Assembly (NCBI GenBank): GCA_043228905.1
Contig: JBHGNT010000009.1
Coordinates: 62,001 to 126,000 of the forward strand
From: Azolla caroliniana
Lineage: Eukaryota > Plantae > Polypodiophyta
Direction: 5' to 3'
DNA length: 64,000 bases
In this document: positions 25,201-33,385 of the stretch, in pieces
Layout of the letters: every line of letters begins with the position of its first letter
Position numbering within the stretch: position 1 is the stretch's first letter
Program-made: the position numbers and the translations under genes
The notes under the pieces: model-generated
The model's input: only the letters and a program-made list of their open reading frames with translations
Databases searched by the model: none
Told to the model about the DNA's origin: nothing

Positions 25201-27559
25201 AAACTCGAGCCGGATTCCCTTCGAGCGACAGTACTCCTGGAACTGTCCCCGGTATTCCCCTCCGTTATCCGCTCGTATCGCTTTCAGCTTCTCGCCGGAT
25301 TCTCTTTCCACTCTCGCGTGGAGTTCTTTGAAGACGGACAACACTTGGTCCTTTGTCTTCATCGGTGCCGTCCACAGTCTTCGGCTATGATCATCTATGA
25401 AAGTTACGAAGTACTGGGCTCCGCCATGTGACTTCGTTTCTACCTGACACACATCGGTGTGCACCAACTCCAATGGTGCGCTACGTCTCGTCGGTGGCCT
25501 TGAGTGGAAGGAGGTTCGGTTCTGCTTACCGGCCAGGCAATCGGTGCACTTCTCCAGGTGCACGTGCTTCACTGGAATAAGGTTGTCTTCTGCAAGCCTC
25601 TTCATCCCCTTCTCACTCATGTGGCACAGTCTTTTGTGCCACAGCTCACCGGCAGTGTCGGCTGCCACATTCAGCTCTTCCGAACATAACCAGGCATACA
25701 TCAGGTACAGTGTGTTGACCTTCCGGGCCCGAGCCACTATCAAGCTCCCCTTGCTGAACTTCATGACACCGTTCCGGATGCTACCCGTGTAGCCTTCATC
25801 ATCTAGCCTCCCGGCCGAAATCAGGTTCAGTCGGACCTCCGGAACGTGTCGGACATTCTTCAGCAGCATTTTGCATCCGGTCGGGGTTGTCAACCACACG
25901 TCTCCTATGCCGGCAATCCGGCACGTACCTTCGTTTCCCATCCGAACACAGCCATGCTCGCCGGCTGTGTAGGATGAGAAGTATCTTCTCTCCGGGGTCA
26001 GGTGGAACGATGCTCCGGAATCGACCACCCAGGTCGTCTCATCGCCGGCAATGTTTAGTTCACCTTCTTCGGTGATGAGCATGATCTCCTCTTCACTTGC
26101 CGCGAGTGCCGTCGTTCCTTTCCGGTCCTGTCCTCGCCGATCCGAACCATTTCGGTCCGTGGCTCCCCGGTATGCACCGTTTCTCTCCGGTGACTTCTTC
26201 GAATCGGTGTTGTCGGTTCCATTGTCCTTTCGGTAATGCCGACAATTCTTTCGGAAGTGCCCCGGCTTCCCACAGTGGAAGCATGTGGGCCTTCCTCTTG
26301 ACTGCGACCGGGTCCCCGACTTCTCCCGTCTTTGCGGACTCCGGTTCCATTGTCTTCCCCGATCTGATTCGGTAAACAACATCTTCGGGTCGGAGGCCGG
26401 TTCCTTATCTCTCCGACGCGCTTCTTCATTCAAAATACTTGTCTTTACCGTTTGTAAGGACAAGTTATCTTCGGTGCAGGAGGTGCTGAGAGTCACCACC
26501 AAGTTCTCCCAGCTTTCCGGCAATGTACACATCAGGATGATGGCTTGCATTGCATCCTCCAATGGGAACTTGATCGCCGCAAGCTGATTCACGAATCCCA
26601 TGAACGTGCTTACGTGTTCCACCATACTCTCGCCGTCCCGGTACTTGAGATTCACAATCTTCCTCATCAGGGAGGTCCGGTTCAGCGCATTCTTCCTCTC
26701 GTAGAGGCCCGACAGCTTCCGCCACATCTCATATGCGTTGGTGTCGTTCGCCACATGTTGTAGGACGCTTACATCGACATATTGTCGGATCGTCGCTACG
26801 GCTTTCCGGTTCAGGAGCTTCCACTCCGACTCAAGTACCCCCTTCGGTATTTCCGACCTGTCAATCGGTTCGTACAGGTCCCGAACAATCAGAAGATCCT
26901 CCATCTTGATCTTCCAGTCAGCGTAATTCTGTGCATTCAGCACCATCATCATCGGCTGCCCGCTGCCGCCGCCTTCCATTTTCTGCAACAGTCGCTCTGA
27001 TACCAGTTTGTTGGGAATCGACGCTTCGATTCACCTTCTTCACTCGGCCACAACCGAGTAATCGCGGATCAATGCAGTAGAAAATAGGAACCACACGGAG
27101 AAACAAAAAAAAACGCGCGAGTACACAGGAATTAACGTGGAAAACCCAGACGGGAAAAACCACGGGAGCACAAGACTCCAACCCAACACTATACAGAGAA
27201 GTATACAATGACGAGCTGCAAGGCGACGACCTTGAGCTCGCTGTCCTCGCCACAGGCGGCGGAAATACACAGAGGCGTCTACCTCTTCCTCTCTCGCGCT
27301 CTATCTCTCTCACGGCTGCTCTCTCTTCACTCCTCTAAAGTGAAAAAACAGAAAAATAAGAAGCAACACAAAAACTATTTGCCCTAAGTCATATTTATAC
27401 TTATATGACTTTGGGCTATTTACAACTGTAGCCTCAGGGGCCCATAGCGAACATATTCACGGATATGTCCCTGCATCCGGATCGCTCACCGGGTACATTC
27501 GTCATCCGAAACCGAAACCGAAGCCGGGGTCCCATCCGAAAGGGACCGAAATCCCAACA
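22287..27559 (-). mobile_element. Intact young Ty1/Copia retrotransposon (Tork/Tnt1-Tto1-like) with 5-bp TSD CTCCG
   Basis: LTRs 22287-22895 and 27009-27559 (TGTTGGG..CCCAACA). TSD at 22282-22286 and 27560-27564. tRNA-iMet PBS at 26994-27005. PPT (GAAGGGGGAG on -) at ~22898-22907. Uninterrupted polyprotein. Confidence 0.98.
22906..26979 (-). CDS. Copia Gag-Pol polyprotein (gag, CCHC, PR, INT, RT, RNase H), ~1357 aa
   Basis: CFHCGKPGHFRKNC, WVVDSGASFH, LWHKRLCH..CTDC, LVHTD, DNGGEY, QMDVKTAFL, LKKSLYGLKQAPRQW, YVDDM, TEAEY, SDMLTK. First ATG at 26979; the ORF-track start at 26988 is TTG. Confidence 0.96.
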   Translation of the reverse strand: MEGGGSGQPMMMVLNAQNYADWKIKMEDLLIVRDLYEPIDRSEIPKGVLESEWKLLNRKAVATIRQYVDVSVLQHVANDTNAYEMWRKLSGLYERKNALNRTSLMRKIVNLKYRDGESMVEHVSTFMGFVNQLAAIKFPLEDAMQAIILMCTLPESWENLVVTLSTSCTEDNLSLQTVKTSILNEEARRRDKEPASDPKMLFTESDRGRQWNRSPQRREKSGTRSQSRGRPTCFHCGKPGHFRKNCRHYRKDNGTDNTDSKKSPERNGAYRGATDRNGSDRRGQDRKGTTALAASEEEIMLITEEGELNIAGDETTWVVDSGASFHLTPERRYFSSYTAGEHGCVRMGNEGTCRIAGIGDVWLTTPTGCKMLLKNVRHVPEVRLNLISAGRLDDEGYTGSIRNGVMKFSKGSLIVARARKVNTLYLMYAWLCSEELNVAADTAGELWHKRLCHMSEKGMKRLAEDNLIPVKHVHLEKCTDCLAGKQNRTSFHSRPPTRRSAPLELVHTDVCQVETKSHGGAQYFVTFIDDHSRRLWTAPMKTKDQVLSVFKELHARVERESGEKLKAIRADNGGEYRGQFQEYCRSKGIRLEFTVPKTPELNGLAERMNRTIMERVRSMLAHAELPKGFWAEAMSTATYVINRSPSVPLGGDTPQRVWTGREVSYRHLKVFGCLAYVHVAKDRRGKLDPKTRPCIFLGYGDDEFGYRVWDPVDKKIFRSRDIIFMEDKTLADWESEKKMKSSKSTGEDQLYEEQSRPARDRLALEDPAEDGEETEPTEEDENDTGTGPDPEMDSDEEESEEPITEAPERRYPLRERRAPRRFPEPEHVLLTDEGEPESFEEAKHDTQSRRWLSAMQDEMDSLHENHTYELVELPKEKRALRNKWVFKLKPGDAGNPPRYKARIVVKGFQQKKGVDFDEIFAPVVKMTSIRTVLSIAASMDLEVEQMDVKTAFLHGDLEEEIYMQQPEGFEKKGKEHLVCRLKKSLYGLKQAPRQWYRKFDSFMTDEGYLKTQSDHCVFVKKFEGGDFLILLLYVDDMLIVGRDQVKIRMLKKALHRTFSMKDLGPARQILGMHIIRDRKKKQLWLSQEKYVTKVLHRFNMSEARPVGSTLPANCKLSSKQSPKTKAEKEDMMKVPYASAVGSLMYAMVCTRPDIGYAVGVVSRYMSNPGKEHWNAAKWILRYLKGTANVCLRFGSGKPELDGFTDSDMSADADTSRSTSGYVMTYAGGAVSWQSRLQKTVALSTTEAEYMAAVEAGKEIIWMKDFIRELGIQQEEYRLYCDSQSAIHLAKNAAYHSRTKHIQRRYHWIRERIEDKEFVLTKIHTDENGSDMLTKVLTPDKLEACRKRIGLERHPMPK

Positions 27560-27564
27560 CTCCG

Positions 27565-30500
27565 GTCTTCGCTCGAGCTGTCGTATACGCGCCGCCAGCA
27601 ATTCCTCCCGGCTCATCTCGTCTCTCCAATCCACAGTTGCCCACGAGGAGATCGTACGTTCCATCAGCATGACAGGCTTCTGCCCAAACATGAGCTCTGC
27701 CGGCATGAACCCGGTTACCGAACTGTGCGTAGTTCGGTCAGCCCACAACGCGTAAGGCAGCAGCCGCGGCTAGTTCCCGACTTGACCTCCGCATGCCCGA
27801 ACTAACGCCTTGACGATCGGTCCATGTCCGCGCTCCACCTTTCCATTCGCCTCCGGATTGTACGCAGTGGTAAGCAAGAGCTTGACTCCTAGCCGGTCGA
27901 ACAGCTCCTCGGCCTCTTCGGCGTCCAACTCCCCGCGGTCAGCCACGATCTTCCCGACGCACCCGTACCGGCATATCACGTCCTCAATCAGGAACCGACA
28001 TACGGCCGCGGTCGTTTTGTTCTGAAGGGCTCGGCCTTCTACCTGGTTCGTCAGATCTTCCCGAGCCAGGACTAGATACCGCATCTGTCCTACTCCCATC
28101 GGCATCATCACCAGGTCTATCATCCATTTGAAGTGGATGGTCGGAGGGTACGTAGGGTGAAGCTCGTCCCGATGTCGGACTACGGAGTGCATCTGACAGC
28201 TCTCGCAAGTTGTCACGAACCGATGCACATCCCAATACAGTCCCGGCCACCAGTACTTCCCCTTTATCTTCTCGAACGTGGCCCATGTTCCACGGTGTCC
28301 AGCCCAAGGGCTGTCGTGGTAGGCCGTCAGCAGCTCCTCCTGTTCTTCCTTCATCGCCACCACCCGGAGCGGGACGCCGTTCCTCTTCTTCGGGTGCTTC
28401 CACAAGTATCCGTCCCGGAGAAAGAATCGGTATGCTTTCTTCCGGATCCGGTTGACCTCGTCCTTCGTCCATGACGCATCCGGCGTCATTGTCCTCAAAA
28501 ATCCACCAATCTGTAGCCACTCGCCGTCGTACTTGCTCTCGTCGAAGCCGTTAAGTGCCGGAGTGCTCGCCCCATCGGTCGTCACGTACGCCGCCTCGAA
28601 GAAGTCCACGCCGACTTCTTCGTCCTCCGAAACCATGCCGCCCTCGTCATCAAACCTCGCCCGCGAAAGCATGTCGGCTATGGCGTTGTCTTTTCCGGAA
28701 ATGTGTCGTATTTTCGGGTCCAGGGACTTGATGTATGCTATCCACCTAAGCATCGCCAGGTCCGGTGTCGCGCATCCGGAAACCATGCCGAGAATTGTCA
28801 GGCAATCCGTCTTGATAATCACTTTGGTCCCGATCAGGTAGTCTTTGTCGGCCTTTACCACCGAAACGATACCCTAGAGTTCGCGTTTACCCTGGGCGTA
28901 CCCTCGCTGTCGCTCACTGAGGACCTTCGCGCCGAATCGGATCGGGAACCGAATGCCGTCCTCATCTTCTTGGTTGACGACCCATCCGATCCCGGCCGGA
29001 CTCGTATCCACCGTTATGTATATCGGGGTACCCTTCTCGTAGATAGCCTTCCGGAGCGTCGATGCTGCCGCAAGAGCTTCCTTCAGCTTCCGGACCGACT
29101 CCGTGTGCTCATCTCGCCATTCGAATCTTCGCCCTTTCTTCAGCAGCCCGTATAGCGGCTCCGCAACGTGGGCGTAATGCGGGATCCATATGTGGTAGAA
29201 CGTGCATGCCCCCAGGAACCTCCGAACTTCCGTAACCGAGCTACAGTCGGTCTTCATCGCGGAGATGGCTTCTACCTTTGCCGGAGACGGCTTCCGGCCA
29301 TATGGTCCACATAGGTGTCCGACCACCAGGATTTCCGATTGCCCGAAGGCCGATTTTTCCCCGGAGAAGGTGAGCCTCGCATCCTCTAGCCTTTGTAGCA
29401 CCTTCTCGCAGTCGTCGATGTGTGCTGCCACGAATCGCCGGCATCCGTCCGGCCCGAGCGTCTCGTCCTTCTCTTCCACCGAGCACCCCTTTATCGGGAT
29501 GTTGTCTAGAAACGGCATGGTGATGTCCGGGATACAATCCCTCAGTACCTTGTTCATTGCATTCACCATGTGGGCCACCGAGTTGGTCCCTCCTTGTGGC
29601 AGGGTACACATTCGCACTAGGCCGAGGGGAGTTCGCATCGTCGTAATGTCTCTGCTCTCCACGGCTAGCTGGAACTGGTCGTACCCCGAGTACAGATCAC
29701 CGACCGAGTAAATCGACCTTCCGGCGAAGGCCTCCGCCAACTCGTCTATGGTCGGTCCGATTCCTGCGTTCCGAATGGTCACTCTGTTGACCGGCTGCAG
29801 GTCTTGAATGAAGCGCAACGTTCCGTTTTTCTTCGGTACGGTAAACCATCGGTTCGAGTATGGGGCACTCGACGGTTCGAGAATGCCCATATCGACTTTC
29901 TCAATAGCTTCATCAACTCCGGGATGTGAGCTCTTGGTACCGGAATCGGCTTGAGATTCCACGGCACATGCGATACCGTGAATATCACCATCGGCTCCAC
30001 GATTGTCGGGTCTACGCACCCGATCTCTTCCGGCGAGAATGCGAAGGCTTTCCCGTGCCTTCCGAGCATTCTCCGAAACCGGTTTTCCTCCACCGACAGT
30101 AGGAACCCGCCCCCACCGATCTTGAGCTCCCGGAGCGTCCCGTCGGTGAAGGTGTGTCCTATGCAGGCCGGATCTCGTAAACTGGGGTCCGACGCCACCC
30201 CTCTGATTCGGGACTCGCTGCCCTCCGGCAAGGGTGTCGCGACCGACCTTACCTTCCGATCCACAGTCTTGTACCTCGTGCTAACTCGGGCCATCCGATC
30301 CGACTCGAGCCCCTGACTGAAGTCCGCGATGACTTCGTACATCTCTTCGGAACATACCGGTATCGTCCGGTCTTCGTTAAGGTCTTCTCCGGCTACCTTC
30401 CTCAGCATCCCCAAGGTGTCGTCGAAGGAGACCGCCTACACGGCCCCGTTGATTTCCTCGTCCGGGCCGAGAACTCCGCATGCTCGAAGTCGCTCCTCCG

Positions 30501-30675
30501 CCCTTGCCCTTTCTCGGCCAACGATGCCGACTATCATACATCCTCCGTTGCTGGAGAAGCAGAATTTTCTACCTATCGTACAAGGTTGCTTCGGTTTCGG
30601 TTCTATCGTACAACTGTGGGGTCTTTCCCGAGTGTCCGGACTGTCTCGGCCCCACGCCTTGGCAACCCTCTCTAA
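27565..30675 (-). pseudogene. pol (RT-RH-INT) of element E; the INT C-terminus continues at 21904-22286
   Basis: ORF pieces 29779-30414, 28874-30019 and 27770-28861 are separated by a frameshift and TGG>TAG stops. The RT catalytic motif reads FLDN rather than FLDD. Confidence 0.9.
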
Positions 30676-32717
30676 AAATCCTCCCGGTTCTCGCCACCGA
30701 GGGATTCGCGGTTCCGCTCGTGGTTCGGTCTCACGGTCAGAAATTGGACCGAATGGCGCCCGTCCTGGCTTTTGACCCTTGCGTAGGCCGAACTGTTGTC
30801 TAGCACCTTGGTCTCCATTCGCACCGCCGTGATGTATGGTTCACCTAATATGATCGGGTGCGAAGACGTCTCCTGTACGAAGAAGTGCTGGTCAATCTCG
30901 ACGTCACTGATCTTGACTCGTACGTTCGGGCAGGCCCCATGCAGTTCCTCGGTGGCGCGCGTCGCCGCCCGTATCTTCCACTCGTGCTTGGTGTTGATCG
31001 GCCACTTCCCCTTCTTATAGAAGTCCATGGACATCAGGTTTATTTCCGAACCGTGGTCCACCAGTGCCACCACTGGTTCCTGAACCTCTCCGATCTTTAC
31101 CGGGGTCTCCGTGGTCGCTCGGGCCCAATGTGGCCTCGAATAGTGGCTCTCCGCCCACTCATCTGCCAGCGCCGAGTCGTCGATGTGCGTCGTCCGCACC
31201 TCTACCGGTCTTTCCGGATCCGTCTCCGTCGACAGCCTCTTCCGTTTCACCAAGTCTACAATGGAGTCGTGGAACTCCTTCTTGGCGATCCCTAGCACCT
31301 CCCGCAATGACAGCTCCACCTTGCTGTCGAGGATCCGTTCCTCTAGGACCTTCCGTAGGTCCGTAGTCCTTTCTATTTCCGTCCCCAGTCGGTATCCGCC
31401 CTTCCTGGGGTTATCTTGCGAGCTGGGCCCGTCGGCATCGTTCCGTCGTTGCCCGAATCGGGTCTCGTACCGTTGTGAAGGCCCAGCCGCTCCGGCTTTC
31501 CCCACTCGTTTGTCTTCTACCAGAGCCTCGTAGTTCCGGCAGGCGGCTTCTACGAAGCCCGTCTTCTCCTCGACCGGGTCGCTCCACCCGGTTATTTCCC
31601 GGACCCGTCTCTCAGCGCGGTCCGTTTCATCTTTCCTCAGCCGTGCACCGGCGAGGCCTTCCAGCATTGCCGACCAGAATCCGTCTTTGCTCTCCTTTCG
31701 GGCCTCGCTGCCCCCGACCCGAATGCCGGCCGACGCCGAGTAGTGGATGGCCTCCACGTGTCGGGCCGCCGCCTCTTCCATCAGTCTCTTCATACCTCCT
31801 CGCCCGTCGTTTCGGTTTAGGGCACTTCTGGTGTCGCCGGCGTGCACCCGACCTTCCCACAGGTACACCACCTGGTTCCTCAACGCCTCTGCGAAATCGC
31901 CACAGTCCTTCCGAATGTGGCCGACCTCGTCGCACCACATGCACCTGTTCCCCGTTGCCGGCCGTCGGTCATGAGCCGGTTCGCCGCCTTCCCTTCGAGT
32001 CTGGGCGATCTGGAGATCCTTTATCGCCCGCGTCAACTCCTCCAGCGCCGCTCCTCCGGACGAGCCATTGACCATGTCGGTCGAAGCCGGACCGGTTTCG
32101 AGCCATTCCCTGGTTTCTTCCCTTCGCACTTGCGGTGCCGGTTCAAGCCTCCTTGCTGTAACAGAGCCCGCACCGGCCGCCCCGTTGTCAGCCCATTCTC
32201 GCCGTTTGTCGAAACGGCCACAGACTCTCTTAACCGCAGCCCAATCGGTTGTCAGCCCGTCTTCGGTTTCCAGCAAGGAGCCGACTTGATCCCGGTCCCG
32301 CTCGTCCACCGACTTGACGAACAGTAGGACCCGGCTCGTATCCAGAATGGTTCGGTCAAGCGTCGAAAGGCGCGCAAAGCGTTCTTCGAACTCCCGGAGG
32401 AGTGCCGACGCGTTTCTTCCTTTGCCGGGGGACTCCACCCATTCCATGAAGTCCCGTTTCGAAAGCCGGAGCGCGTCGTCCAGCCCATATTTCTCTAGGA
32501 GTCGGCCCCCGGCAAGACGCCTCTCTTCCGGAATGTCCCGCATCAGCATTTCCGCCTCGTAGGACGCCAAATACTTCGTAGCATCCTTTCTGCTGAAACG
32601 GCCGATCGTACCGACAACCGCCTCAATGGCTCTGTCGAGGGCGCCGGTGCCCTCGCGTGTGCTCAATATCCGATCCACGGCCGAAGCCATGGCCTCTGCA
32701 AGATCCGACCCCCTCAT
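30672..32717 (-). CDS. Gag-protease ORF of element E (CCHC knuckle, DUF4100-like region, aspartic protease)
   Basis: CMWCDEVGHIRKDC; ILDSKVELSLREVLGIAKKEF; ALVDHGSEINLM..IILGEPY. The ATG just after the PBS is at 32717, and the longer ORF-track call runs into the LTR. An in-frame deletion relative to the copy at 1-1100 is likely. Confidence 0.85.
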   Translation of the reverse strand: MRGSDLAEAMASAVDRILSTREGTGALDRAIEAVVGTIGRFSRKDATKYLASYEAEMLMRDIPEERRLAGGRLLEKYGLDDALRLSKRDFMEWVESPGKGRNASALLREFEERFARLSTLDRTILDTSRVLLFVKSVDERDRDQVGSLLETEDGLTTDWAAVKRVCGRFDKRREWADNGAAGAGSVTARRLEPAPQVRREETREWLETGPASTDMVNGSSGGAALEELTRAIKDLQIAQTRREGGEPAHDRRPATGNRCMWCDEVGHIRKDCGDFAEALRNQVVYLWEGRVHAGDTRSALNRNDGRGGMKRLMEEAAARHVEAIHYSASAGIRVGGSEARKESKDGFWSAMLEGLAGARLRKDETDRAERRVREITGWSDPVEEKTGFVEAACRNYEALVEDKRVGKAGAAGPSQRYETRFGQRRNDADGPSSQDNPRKGGYRLGTEIERTTDLRKVLEERILDSKVELSLREVLGIAKKEFHDSIVDLVKRKRLSTETDPERPVEVRTTHIDDSALADEWAESHYSRPHWARATTETPVKIGEVQEPVVALVDHGSEINLMSMDFYKKGKWPINTKHEWKIRAATRATEELHGACPNVRVKISDVEIDQHFFVQETSSHPIILGEPYITAVRMETKVLDNSSAYARVKSQDGRHSVQFLTVRPNHERNRESLGGENREDF

Positions 32718-32760
32718 CTTCTGCTCTTTTGCCGCCTCCTTCACGTCGGGTTCACCAAGA

Positions 32761-33385
32761 TGTCGAAGTATTCCTCGCGGATGCGTGGAATGAGGCGGAA
32801 CCTCGCGGGTCCTGTACCAAAGAGCAAGAGAGGAGGGGAAGAATCCCTCTACGTGCGAGCGTAGATCCACAGGGACACGGCCCTTTGACGCAAAGACGCA
32901 AGTGGGACAGCGACACAGAAAGACACAAATGTATGTATGTATTGACAAGACAGACAACAAGAACACGAAGTCGGTTACAACCGAACAGGCCGGCGAACAG
33001 ATGCCGATACCTGCTCGTAAACGCACAGAGAGGAAGGAGTAGGTTGGAGGTGCTGCCGGAAGCACTCGGGCATTCCTCAGAGCAGCGCGAGCCTCCCGAA
33101 ACCTGCACAGAAGGAAGCTATGGCGTTTGCAACCAGAAAGAGAGAGAGAGAGAGAGGAGCCTTCGCACGCAAACCGACAGCACTTCGTCCTCGACTCTCC
33201 GCGATCCCTCTACCCTCCTCGTCTCCCTCCTTTTATAGGCAAGGAAGGAGCCGTTTCCCCTTTACTCCCTACCTACCGAATCTACCTAGGATCTCCTATG
33301 TACAACTTAAGGCGCACGTGCATGAAGAGTCGGTTTCTACGCTCCGGTGCACCGATTCCGCTCGTGGACGGTTTTCTTCACGACA
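32761..33385 (-). repeat. 5' LTR of element E
   Basis: TGTCG..CGACA termini, adjacent to the tRNA-Trp PBS. Confidence 0.95.

Larger units (their letters stand above)
21188..33385 (-). mobile_element. Full-length tRNA-Trp-primed Phygy-like Ty3/Gypsy element E with 4-bp TSD ACGC, interrupted by a Copia at 22287-27559
   Basis: LTRs 21188-21830 and 32761-33385. ACGC at 21184-21187 and 33386-33389. PBS at 32740-32757. Purine-rich PPT at ~21831-21847. Gag-PR, RT (LPQGGTNSV, MPFLDNIP), RH (ITVDTSPAG) and INT (HHCC, GPY). Confidence 0.95.

Noticed and set aside
22921-32562. Numerous plus-strand ORFs of 60-200 aa
   Set aside because: Antisense shadows of GC-rich retrotransposon coding sequence.
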